Source: Promethearchaeota archaeon (lineage in GTDB: Archaea; Asgardarchaeota; Lokiarchaeia; Sigyniarchaeales; SOKP01). Taken from it: a stretch of 64,000 nucleotides of DNA. A program made the translations under genes and the position numbers. The stretch covers positions 21,974 to 85,973 of the forward strand of contig JBHLNT010000001.1 in assembly GCA_048941265.1 (NCBI GenBank), written 5' to 3'. Positions 30,164 to 38,761 of this stretch are shown in pieces. The stretch's first letter is position 1; each line of letters begins with the position of its first letter. The notes beneath the pieces were generated by a model that saw only the letters and a program-made list of their open reading frames with translations, was not told where the DNA came from and made no database searches.

Positions 30164-30180
30164 TTTTTTTTATTTTTTTT
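30164..30180 (+). terminator. oligo-T tract (candidate archaeal intrinsic terminator)
   Basis: T8-A-T8 begins 4 nt after the stop codon of the GPH transporter. Archaeal RNAP terminates at oligo-T. The AT-rich background lowers specificity. Confidence 0.35.
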
Positions 30181-30426
30181 AAGAATCTTATTTTAACCAG
30201 GTAGAGTTATTGAATTATGTTTATTCGCTTTTAATTAATATCTCCTATGGTTTGGTAAATATACTTTTGAATTTGAATATAAATAAACTATTGCACGCTT
30301 TTTTAGAACAAAAATATAAAATTTAATATCATAAATGCCTTAATAAATCAAATATAATAGTGAAGTTAAGGTTTAAAAATCCTGAAAAGAGCGCTAATTA
30401 GAGCAGATGGAAGTAATAAAATCGGA

Positions 30427-31398
30427 ATGGGCCATTTAACAAGGCAAATAGATATTGCAAATGAGTTAAAGAAGCTCAATTATAACATAATATTTCTCTC
30501 AAAAAACTATCCAGAAGGAATATTATTACTTGAAGAAAGTCAGTTTGAAATTATAAAATTATCAACAGAATACCAAACGATAAATGATTCAATTCAAGAA
30601 ATAAACGAGGTATTAAATTCCTATAATAAAATCTTTGATTTTATCATATTAGATCTTTTTGAAGATTTTGATAATCAAGAATATTTAAACAATTTAAAGC
30701 TCTTTTGTAGCAAATTGTTTGTTTTAAGCGATGAGCCAAAACAGTTCTATATTCAAGTGAATGCTGTTTTCGCTTTTAGCGAAAATCAAGAGTCATTTAA
30801 CTATAATAATTTGAGAACTAAATACTATACTGGTCTAAAATACTTTCCTTTACACTCTAAATTCCAGGAAGTACCAAAGAAAAAAGTCAATAAAAAAGTT
30901 AGTAAAGTTCTTATTACTTTTGGTGGAAGTGATCCTAATAATTTTTCAGGCAAATTGGTAAGTTCCTTAAAGCAACTTGATCTAAATGTAATATATACGC
31001 TAATCCTAGGTGCTGGATATTCGAAAGAGAATTATCATGATATTATGAGGGAAAAATTTGATAATCTCATAATTAAAACGAATATAAAAAATATGAACGA
31101 GTATTTAATAGAAACGGATATTTGTATTTGCTCAGCAGGAAATACAGTAATAGAAGCATTGGTATGCGGAGTCCCTTGTATTGTCCTTCCTCAAACTAAA
31201 TTAGAAAGTGAACGCGCTAAAGCTTTAGAAAAAAAACAATTGATTATTAATAAGGGATTGGAATTTACTACTAAGAGATTAATTACTGTAATTAATAACC
31301 TACTTTCTGATTATTCACTAAGGAAAAAATTGAGCAAAAATGCTCAAAATTATTTAGATGGAAAGGGCATTAAAAGGATTGTAAATATAATTTCTTAA
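30427..31398 (+). CDS. GT28/PseG-like glycosyltransferase or nucleotide-sugar hydrolase
   Basis: GMGHLTRQ at the annotated N-terminus, and C-terminal ICSAGNTVIEALVCGVPCIVLP (MurG/PseG C-domain-like). The conserved ALIRADGSNKIGMGH motif extends upstream of the ATG, in frame back to 30370, so the true start is probably upstream and non-ATG. Confidence 0.65.
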   Translation: MGHLTRQIDIANELKKLNYNIIFLSKNYPEGILLLEESQFEIIKLSTEYQTINDSIQEINEVLNSYNKIFDFIILDLFEDFDNQEYLNNLKLFCSKLFVLSDEPKQFYIQVNAVFAFSENQESFNYNNLRTKYYTGLKYFPLHSKFQEVPKKKVNKKVSKVLITFGGSDPNNFSGKLVSSLKQLDLNVIYTLILGAGYSKENYHDIMREKFDNLIIKTNIKNMNEYLIETDICICSAGNTVIEALVCGVPCIVLPQTKLESERAKALEKKQLIINKGLEFTTKRLITVINNLLSDYSLRKKLSKNAQNYLDGKGIKRIVNIIS

Positions 31399-31552
31399 GA
31401 GGAAAAAAAGTTTTAAAAGAATGAAGCTTAAAGTCCAAAATCCTAATGTATTTTATTAAAAATTTTTACATCTTAAGGAGATAATATCTTTAAAATTATT
31501 AGACTTCTTGTAATGTTTAAATGTTTATTTAATTTAATTAATCAAATATTTG

Positions 31553-31560
31553 TTTATATA
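31553..31560 (+). promoter_or_regulatory. candidate TATA box (TTTATATA) for a leaderless transcript starting near the ATG at 31581
   Basis: TTTATATA is centred ~25 nt upstream of the first ATG of the HAD/PlsC gene string, which is the archaeal TATA-to-TSS spacing. The AT-rich context makes this tentative. Confidence 0.3.
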
Positions 31561-31580
31561 AAACTTAAGATACTAGAATT

Positions 31581-32342
31581 ATGAAAAACGACCAGTTAAT
31601 AGAAAAACTCCGAAAACGGGAACTTAAAGCAGTAGTATTTGATTTCGATGGTACAATCTTAGATATTAAGAAACCTCTTGAAAAATCTATTGAAGAAGTC
31701 TTTACTGAGAAAGGTATTGCTTCTGACTTAGAATCATCTGTACTTGAAATTGGTGCTGTGCTCGAATCTATACAAGGATACCCTATTCCTAAAATTTTAC
31801 TGCAATCATATGACATTTTCCAACAGATAACAACGCTAGAAAAATTAACTTTCTTAAAAAAATTTAGAGTTGCCTTGAAAATTTTCGCTAAATATCAAAC
31901 TTATTCTAAAGAGGCTGAATTATTCCCCGGTATAAAACCACTATTAGAATATCTAAATAAAGGTGCAGACCTTTATATTATCTCTCATAATCAAACAAAT
32001 AGTGTTAGAGAACACCTTCAAAAAGAAGAAATTGAAAAGTATTTCAAAGGAGTATATGGAGCTGATGAATTGCCTGCATTAAAACCAAGTCCTGATGCCC
32101 TTTTACCTGTCATAGAGCAATACAAAAATACCAGCAGTAAGAAATTTTTGATCTTAGGTGATATGCCATCTGATATTGAATCTGGTCAAGAAGCAGGAGT
32201 TCATACCATTGGAATCGCTAGTGGAATCAGTAAGAAGGAGATACTGGAGAATTGTAATCCCGATTTATTATTCGATTCAATTATTGAATTGAATGAATTA
32301 CTTGGTATAAATAATGGTCGTAGTTCGGATTCTAAAGTTTAA
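31581..32342 (+). CDS. HAD-superfamily phosphatase (phosphoglycolate phosphatase-like)
   Basis: Motif I VVFDFDGTILD, motif II YIISHN and motif IV ILGDMPSDIESG. Confidence 0.8.
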   Translation: MKNDQLIEKLRKRELKAVVFDFDGTILDIKKPLEKSIEEVFTEKGIASDLESSVLEIGAVLESIQGYPIPKILLQSYDIFQQITTLEKLTFLKKFRVALKIFAKYQTYSKEAELFPGIKPLLEYLNKGADLYIISHNQTNSVREHLQKEEIEKYFKGVYGADELPALKPSPDALLPVIEQYKNTSSKKFLILGDMPSDIESGQEAGVHTIGIASGISKKEILENCNPDLLFDSIIELNELLGINNGRSSDSKV

Positions 32343-32375
32343 AATTAAAAATTATAAAAAATAAAACATAAAAGG

Positions 32376-34070
32376 TTGATGAATATGGAACTTGAAAAAT
32401 CAGATATAAAACCAACAAAGAAAGAAAAAATTGGTAAAGAACAAGTAGATTATGATGTAGTGGAACAAGAACTAGAGCTTAAGTATGAAAAAACGTCTCA
32501 TGATGCGATGTATAAAGTTTTAAAATATAATCCTATCGACTGGTTAAATGATAAGTACCGAAAATTTATTGATATGCATCAATTAACTGAGATTGAGGGT
32601 CAATTACAATGGTGGGCTGCATATATTTACGTTAAGGAAATCCTAAGGTTACTTTTCGATCATAAAGTAGAAAATCCCTATAAGACTTTATTTCCTGAAT
32701 ATGGCCCTGGAATCATCATCTCAAATCATGAAAGCCATTTTGATCCATTTTTTATTGGAGCTACATGTCATAGACGTATTCGATGGATGAGTAAAATTGA
32801 AAACTTTAAGACACCAATTGTAAGAACTTTGTTTACAAATTTAGGTGCTTTTAGACTTGATAGAGATAACCCTGAACCAGGTTGGGAGATGGCAAAAGAA
32901 GTGATTGATAATGGAGGATGGGTTGGAATCTTTCCAGAAGGCACTCGCACAGAAGATGGGTCTCTTGGTGAATTTCATACTGGTGCGGTAAGGCTAGCAA
33001 TAGAAAAGAAAGTACCTATTGTTCCGACATGTGTAATCGGTTCAAGAGCAGCACTACCGAAAGGCAAATTGGTTTTAAAACCAGCTCGTGTAATTACTCG
33101 TGCAGGACTTCCGATTTCCTATGATCAATATAACATTGATACTGTATCATATCAAGATATTAGAAGACTTTCAGATGAATTACGACAGGAAGTTATTGAT
33201 TTAATGGAAGGTAATTACCACATTGAAGGTGAAGAAAAGGTTCAACAGCTTTCCATAGGGGAACCTAAGGATATGGCAGAAAAGCCAAAAGGTAATCCTG
33301 TTATGAAATTCTTTAAAAAACTCTCAGCACATTTCTTACAATTATGGGATGATTCTTGGTATGCCCTCTTAAAATCTTTAGAAGTCTATGGTTTAAAAGA
33401 TTACTTTGGATCATTCATATATAATTTATCGGGTAATATCGTTCATAGCCTCTGCAACCTTATGCTTCCATATAAAGTCATTGACTACGACAAATATATT
33501 CCCAAAAAAGCTGAAACTGGTGCCCTTATATGCTCAAATCATAATTCAGAATGGGATGTAATAATACTAGCAACAAGTTTTCAGCAATGGGGTGGTCATT
33601 ATATCTATCAACAATCAAAAGAATCACTCTTTAGATATCCTGTTGTAAACGCTTGGGTAAGGTCTTGTAGAGCATTTCCACTTAAAAGAGGTGAGCACGA
33701 TGTTGGTTCTTATAATTATGCTTTAGAACGCTTAAAAGAGGGAAAATGGATAGTAATCTATCCAGAAGGCACAACTAATACGGGAGGCGGGAAATTATTA
33801 GAAGGACACACTGGTGCTATGCGTTTAGCTATAGAAGCAAAAGTTCCAATTTATTTAGTTGGAATCACTGGAACTGAAGATGTCTATCCAAAACGGGCCA
33901 AAATGCTTAATTTCAATAAAGGAGTTATATTGAAAGCAGGAGAACCATTTATGGAGCATCAAAATTACTGGGACAAACCTATGCCTAGCTATAGTGAATT
34001 AAGGAATCTTACCACAAAAATGATGGCAAGAATAAAAGACTTGCTTATGTATGACGATAAACGAGCATAA
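32376..34070 (+). CDS. fusion of two PlsC-type (1-acyl-sn-glycerol-3-phosphate/lysophospholipid) acyltransferase domains
   Basis: Domain 1 has ISNHESHFDPFF (HX4D) and IFPEGTRTEDG. Domain 2 has CSNHNSEWDVI (HX4D) and IYPEGTTNTGG. Length is 564 aa. Confidence 0.85.
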   Translation: MMNMELEKSDIKPTKKEKIGKEQVDYDVVEQELELKYEKTSHDAMYKVLKYNPIDWLNDKYRKFIDMHQLTEIEGQLQWWAAYIYVKEILRLLFDHKVENPYKTLFPEYGPGIIISNHESHFDPFFIGATCHRRIRWMSKIENFKTPIVRTLFTNLGAFRLDRDNPEPGWEMAKEVIDNGGWVGIFPEGTRTEDGSLGEFHTGAVRLAIEKKVPIVPTCVIGSRAALPKGKLVLKPARVITRAGLPISYDQYNIDTVSYQDIRRLSDELRQEVIDLMEGNYHIEGEEKVQQLSIGEPKDMAEKPKGNPVMKFFKKLSAHFLQLWDDSWYALLKSLEVYGLKDYFGSFIYNLSGNIVHSLCNLMLPYKVIDYDKYIPKKAETGALICSNHNSEWDVIILATSFQQWGGHYIYQQSKESLFRYPVVNAWVRSCRAFPLKRGEHDVGSYNYALERLKEGKWIVIYPEGTTNTGGGKLLEGHTGAMRLAIEAKVPIYLVGITGTEDVYPKRAKMLNFNKGVILKAGEPFMEHQNYWDKPMPSYSELRNLTTKMMARIKDLLMYDDKRA

Positions 34071-34089
34071 GAAGCGAGAGGTTTAACTG

Positions 34090-35169
34090 GTGGAAGCGAC
34101 GGAAAAATCGTCAGGTACAAAAATCAAGGTTGGTATACCTAGAGCACTTCATTTTTATAGGTACTTTCCTTTTTGGAAAAAACTTCTTGAAGAATTAGAT
34201 GTGGAAATTATATTAACACCTAACACTAACAAGAAGATTGTAGAGGAAGGTGTAACTCATGGGTTTGGTGAGTTATGTATACCTGTAAAAATTTATTATG
34301 GACATGTAATGAAATTAATACGGGAACATCCCGATTTAGATTTCTTATTTGTACCTCGATATGTTTCAGAAGTAAAAGAAGCATACTTTTGTCCTAAATT
34401 TCTGTCGTTACCAGATGTCATAAAAATTTTGCCGAACGCTCCAAAACTTTTGACTTTTGAAGTTAATATAAAAGAATTTCCAATTGCCACAGCAGCCGCT
34501 GAACTTGCTAAACAATTAGGAAAAAGCCAATCTAAAGGATTAGATGCATATAAGAAAGCGCAAGAATATTTTGATGAGTATCATAAATTTTTAAGGGAAG
34601 GTGCCCCTGTCAATCATGCACTACGATTAGTAGAATATAACCGTCCTTTCACTTTGCCAAAAAAGAAACGTAAGGGCGATATTAAGTTCTTGTTATTAGG
34701 ACATGCATATAATATTTTTGACACATTTATTAATCTAGATTTTCAAAAAAAATTACAAGATCAAAATGTTGAGGTTTTAACTATTGAAAATCTGCCAGAA
34801 TCAATATTCAAGGTACCAGTTATCGTGAATAGGCGTTTGAGAAACTATTGGAGACATGAGGAGGAAATCATGCAATCAATTAGGTACTTTATGACGAAAG
34901 GACGAAAAGAAATCGATGGAGTGGTTTTTCTTATTAGTTTTGCTTGTGGACCCGACAGTCTCATTTCCGAGTTAATAATGAGAGATATGAAAGTCGTAGG
35001 GCTTCCATTTTTAGAGATAATAATGGATGAACATTCTGGTGAGGCGGGTTTGCTTACAAGAGTTGAAAGTTTCGTAGAGATGGTAAGAAGGAAGAAGCAA
35101 AAACTCTCAGAATTAGAAAACAAGCAAAAACTTGGAGTTTTAGAAGAGATTGATACTTCATTTGCCTAG
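34090..35169 (+). CDS. BCR/HAD-family 'CoA enzyme activase' accessory domain protein (DUF2229-like, part 1)
   Basis: KVGIPRALHFYRYFPFWKKLLEELDVEIILTPNTNKKIVEEG...LCIPVKIYYGH...FVPRYVS...YFCPKF...SFACGPDS matches, from memory, the uncharacterised domain found C-terminal to BcrAD/BadFG ATPase domains in large putative CoA-substrate-specific enzyme activases. GTG start with GAGAGG 8 nt upstream. Confidence 0.6.
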   Translation: MEATEKSSGTKIKVGIPRALHFYRYFPFWKKLLEELDVEIILTPNTNKKIVEEGVTHGFGELCIPVKIYYGHVMKLIREHPDLDFLFVPRYVSEVKEAYFCPKFLSLPDVIKILPNAPKLLTFEVNIKEFPIATAAAELAKQLGKSQSKGLDAYKKAQEYFDEYHKFLREGAPVNHALRLVEYNRPFTLPKKKRKGDIKFLLLGHAYNIFDTFINLDFQKKLQDQNVEVLTIENLPESIFKVPVIVNRRLRNYWRHEEEIMQSIRYFMTKGRKEIDGVVFLISFACGPDSLISELIMRDMKVVGLPFLEIIMDEHSGEAGLLTRVESFVEMVRRKKQKLSELENKQKLGVLEEIDTSFA

Positions 35170-35182
35170 GAGGTATTAAAAA

Positions 35183-36367
35183 ATGTTAATTTCCTTTCCA
35201 AATATGGGCCCAAACTGGGTAGCATTCAAATCTTTATTCGAGTCTTTGGATTTAGATGTCATCGTACCTGACCCCACAAACCGAGAAGCGATTAAAGTAG
35301 GTGTTAAATATAGCCCAGAATTCGTATGTTTCCCATTTAAGGCCACCCTCGGAGATTTTAAAAATGCATTGGATAAAGGTGCTGATACTCTCGTGATGGC
35401 AATTGATTGCGGACCATGTCGCTTTGGCTTCTATGCTTCTGTTCAAGAGAGACTTTTGAGGGATATGGGTTATGATGATTTTACATTAATTCCCTTAGAT
35501 CAAGCAGACTTACTCAATTTTAAATGGGTAAAAGCTCTTGAAGAAATTTCAGGAATGCAAGGTTTAGTTAAATATCCTAAATTTGTAAAGGCTGTCATCA
35601 TATTTTTAAAAAAAGCTAAATTGTTAGATGATATTCAGACTGCAGAAGGTCTTTTCAGGGCTTATGAACGGAATCAAGGAGATACTACTCGTACTGTAAA
35701 AAATTTATTAAATTATCTTGATCAAACCAATTCCATTTCTGAATTACGTAAATTTCGAAAGGTAATTTTAGATTTATTTAGTCGGATTGATATTGATAAA
35801 AATATTAGTCCTTTGAGAGTAGGGCTTTCAGGTGAGATTCATATAAGTTTAGAACCATATGTTAATCTAGATATTCGGAGAAAATTGGGTGAAATGGCGG
35901 TTGAGATCCATCAATCTCTAAGTCTATATGATTGGGTAGTCCATAAATTTCACTTAAATTATCACAGAAAATGGCTTGAACATCTTGCCCGACCGCATGT
36001 ACCGATGGATATAGGCGGAGAATGTGTCTGGGTATTAGGAGAATATATAGATAAAGGCAAGGCATCCTTCGATGGCTTCGTTCATGAATATCCGTTTACG
36101 TGCATGCCGGAAGTTGTAGCCCGGACGATTATTACTAATAAGCTTAAGAAAATATATGATTTACCGGTATTATTTTTCTCCTTCGATGAACAGAGTGGTC
36201 TTGAGGGATTTCGTACCCGTCTTGAAGCGTTTTGCGACCTCATGCATTCCCGACGTGATCAAGAAATAAAAAATAATCCCGAATTTTCGGCAATAGGAAA
36301 GAAGATTTATCCACATTTTGGAAATCATTTTTATGATGAATGTTATCAAATAATTAAAGCTTCATAG
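35183..36367 (+). CDS. BCR/HAD-family 2-hydroxyacyl-CoA-dehydratase-like / DUF2229-like protein (part 2)
   Basis: SFPNMGPNWVAFKSLFESLDLDVIVPDPTNREAIKVGVKYSPEFVCFPFK...GADTLVMAIDCGPCRFGFY shows the same family pattern as part 1. A strong SD (AGGAGGT) lies 8 nt upstream. Confidence 0.6.
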   Translation: MLISFPNMGPNWVAFKSLFESLDLDVIVPDPTNREAIKVGVKYSPEFVCFPFKATLGDFKNALDKGADTLVMAIDCGPCRFGFYASVQERLLRDMGYDDFTLIPLDQADLLNFKWVKALEEISGMQGLVKYPKFVKAVIIFLKKAKLLDDIQTAEGLFRAYERNQGDTTRTVKNLLNYLDQTNSISELRKFRKVILDLFSRIDIDKNISPLRVGLSGEIHISLEPYVNLDIRRKLGEMAVEIHQSLSLYDWVVHKFHLNYHRKWLEHLARPHVPMDIGGECVWVLGEYIDKGKASFDGFVHEYPFTCMPEVVARTIITNKLKKIYDLPVLFFSFDEQSGLEGFRTRLEAFCDLMHSRRDQEIKNNPEFSAIGKKIYPHFGNHFYDECYQIIKAS

Positions 36368-36381
36368 AGGATATATGGAAG

Positions 36382-37404
36382 ATGGTACAAGTTTCAGATA
36401 AAATTATTAAAGACGATGGTAAAAAAGACGCATTTTTAGGTATAGATGTAGGGTCAGTATCCCTTAAATTCGTGTTAATGGATAGAGATGGTAATGTGCT
36501 TACTTCAGTTTTTCTCAGAAATCGTGGTTCTCCTATTGATTCCGTTAAAGATGGAATGTCAAAATTGAGGGAGCAAATAGAAGCAGATGATAATTTACAA
36601 GGATATGCAATTCGTGCATGTGGAACTACTGGATCTGCGAGATATTTAACTAAAGCGGTTGTAGGAGGCGACATTGCAAAAACAGAGATCATTGCCCACG
36701 CAGTAGGGGCTCAATCAGAATATCCGGATGTACGCACAATTTTAGAGATTGGAGGGCAAGATTCTAAAATAATTATTCTTCGTGATGGAATCATAGTGGA
36801 TTTTGCTATGAATTCTGTTTGTGCCGCAGGTACCGGCTCATTCCTTGACCACCAAGCGTCGAGATTAGATCTACCCATCGAAGAATTTGGTGATTGGGCG
36901 GTAAAATCGAAAAATCCTTTATCAATCGCGGGCAGGTGTACTGTTTTTGCCGAATCAGATATGATTCATAAGCAAAACGCAGGGTATTCTCGAGAAGATA
37001 TTATTGCGGGATTATGTGATTCATTAGTACGAAATTATCTAAATAATTTAGCTAAAGGAAAAGAATTAGAAGAACCCGTTGTCTTTCAAGGGGGAGTATC
37101 CTTTAATAAGGGTATTGTTCAAGCCTTTGAAAGACATTTAAACTGCAAAGTTGTAGTCCCAAAATATAATGTACTGATGGGAGCTCTTGGAATGGCAATT
37201 CTTGTTAGAGACCATTTCTTGCGTAATGAGACTGAAACTGCTTTTAGAGGGCTTGAAGTAGCAGAAATTAAATTTGTAACCTCTGCTTTTAATTGTGGGG
37301 ATTGTCCCAATAATTGTGAAATTATCCAGGTAAAAATGCCCGAATTGGGCAATGAAGTAATAGCCCGCTGGGGCAGCAGATGTGGAAAATGGGAGGTGTT
37401 TTAA
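36382..37404 (+). CDS. BcrAD/BadFG/HgdC-type ATPase (radical-enzyme 'archerase' activator) with extra C-terminal Cys cluster
   Basis: LGIDVGSVSLKFVLMD, CGTTGSAR and EIGGQDSKIIIL. The two [4Fe-4S]-ligand contexts are NSVCAAGTGSFLD and GRCTVFAESDMI, followed by VFQGGVSFNKG. The C-terminus has CGDCPNNCE...RCGKW. Confidence 0.85.
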   Translation: MVQVSDKIIKDDGKKDAFLGIDVGSVSLKFVLMDRDGNVLTSVFLRNRGSPIDSVKDGMSKLREQIEADDNLQGYAIRACGTTGSARYLTKAVVGGDIAKTEIIAHAVGAQSEYPDVRTILEIGGQDSKIIILRDGIIVDFAMNSVCAAGTGSFLDHQASRLDLPIEEFGDWAVKSKNPLSIAGRCTVFAESDMIHKQNAGYSREDIIAGLCDSLVRNYLNNLAKGKELEEPVVFQGGVSFNKGIVQAFERHLNCKVVVPKYNVLMGALGMAILVRDHFLRNETETAFRGLEVAEIKFVTSAFNCGDCPNNCEIIQVKMPELGNEVIARWGSRCGKWEVF

Positions 37405-37613
37405 AAACGTCCAAACTTTTAAAAGATTTTTTAGAATTAGGAAAAGAGTTAGGAAAGGAAATTTTTGAGACGGCTAGCCATAGGGCTAAGCTTTCAACAA
37501 TTTTTGATTTATTTACAGAAAAAGTTATACCCTCTTTCGTTTCCGAAAAGGAACTGAAAGAATATTATGAAAAAAGAATGGAAGAAGTAAATGATTTTAT
37601 TATTAAATTATAA
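37380..37613 (+). CDS. small hypothetical helical protein
   Basis: 77-aa ORF overlapping the activase 3' end by 25 nt, with amphipathic K/E/L-rich helices. Its position inside the operon supports expression. Confidence 0.4.
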   Translation: MWKMGGVLKTSKLLKDFLELGKELGKEIFETASHRAKLSTIFDLFTEKVIPSFVSEKELKEYYEKRMEEVNDFIIKL

Positions 37614-37628
37614 GAGGAGGAAAAAAAT

Positions 37629-38318
37629 ATGGCTCAAAATGTAGCAATATCGGAAGAAGAAAAACCAAAATTAAATAAAAAACAATTACAGGAGGATGCT
37701 TTATACGGTCTAGCTAAAGCAGTAGGAGGTGCCGTATTAAAGAATTTTGCGGGGTTAAAACTCGAAGGGGAAGAAAATATCCCTTATAGAGGAAGAGCAA
37801 TCTTAACAACTATAAGTAAAAATGTAATACGTGATATGCTAATTTTATCACAATTGACAGGCAGAAAAATCCATTTCATGCTACCAGCGAAATTGATGAA
37901 ACATCAAGTTGCGGGTCCAATATTTAAATCTCTTGGGATGATTCGAGGTACAGAGAGTAAAGATGATACTGAACCGATTGATAAAGTATTCGAAATCATA
38001 AATGAAAAAGGGGATTTAGTTGCTATGACCCCGGAAGCAAAATATGATCGAGATATACAAGTCAAATCCGTGGCAGGTATAATTAAATTCGCTGTAGCTG
38101 CTAATGCTCCAATAATTCCAATCGCAGTGACTAAAGAAAAGGCAAAATTATTTAATTTGATAACTATCGATGGTATAAAGGTAAAGGTTGGTAAGCCTAT
38201 TCCTGTTTCAAAGAATTTAAGTCGAGAAAAATACCGCGATCAGAGATATGAATTAGCTGAGGACATAGTGAACATTATCGATTCTCTAAAATATACGCCA
38301 GAACAAGATGAGGACTAA
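37629..38318 (+). CDS. PlsC-like acyltransferase-fold protein with degenerate catalytic motifs
   Basis: The position equivalent to NHxSxxD reads ISKNVIRD (His to Lys). The PEGTR block reads TPEAKYDRD. The fold-typical PIIPIAV block is retained. SD GAGGAGG lies 8 nt upstream. Confidence 0.6.
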   Translation: MAQNVAISEEEKPKLNKKQLQEDALYGLAKAVGGAVLKNFAGLKLEGEENIPYRGRAILTTISKNVIRDMLILSQLTGRKIHFMLPAKLMKHQVAGPIFKSLGMIRGTESKDDTEPIDKVFEIINEKGDLVAMTPEAKYDRDIQVKSVAGIIKFAVAANAPIIPIAVTKEKAKLFNLITIDGIKVKVGKPIPVSKNLSREKYRDQRYELAEDIVNIIDSLKYTPEQDED

Positions 38319-38351
38319 TAATTAGAAAATTAGATAAAAAATAAAAAAGGA

Positions 38352-38627
38352 GTGAAAAAAGATATGGAAAATCAAGATAATCCAAATATAGAAAAAGCTA
38401 AAATTGATTTACCGGAATATACCAAAAAATTAGAAGAAAAGGCAAAAGAGGCTCTAAACCCGGATAAGATGAAAGAGATGATTTCAGATTTGAAAGTAGA
38501 CAATGTTGTAGGGGACCTTTTCTATGAATCTGTAAAGCTATTCTTTGATATTGGATTCGATCTTGCTGATAAGCTAAATCTTGATTTAATTCAAGATTTT
38601 ATCAAAAAAGATAATGAGAAAAAATAA
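38352..38627 (+). CDS. small hypothetical acidic/helical protein
   Basis: Last ORF of the operon. The SD AAGGAG at 38348-38353 favours the ATG at 38364 over the GTG at 38352. Confidence 0.45.
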   Translation: MKKDMENQDNPNIEKAKIDLPEYTKKLEEKAKEALNPDKMKEMISDLKVDNVVGDLFYESVKLFFDIGFDLADKLNLDLIQDFIKKDNEKK

Positions 38628-38635
38628 ATAAAAAA

Positions 38636-38687
38636 TTTTTTTGGTATTATTTTTTTATCTTAAACTGGACCTTTAGGTTTTTTTTTT
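38636..38687. terminator. oligo-T/A tracts between convergent genes (candidate bidirectional termination zone)
   Basis: T7, T7 and T10 runs lie within the 134-bp gap between the operon end (38627) and the convergent gene end (38762). Confidence 0.3.
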
Positions 38688-38761
38688 GTTAGATTTTGGG
38701 ATATTAACGAAAAAAGGAAACAAATGAGAATAATAAATTTATTAAATTTAAAAAAGAGGCT

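Noticed and set aside
36354-36692. 112-aa minus-strand ORF overlapping the start of the HgdC-type ATPase gene (also 37119-37352, 34296-34490, 34845-35123, 35252-35446, 35862-36065)
   Set aside because: All are antisense to motif-supported operon genes, and the operon has tight SD-coupled spacing on the plus strand.
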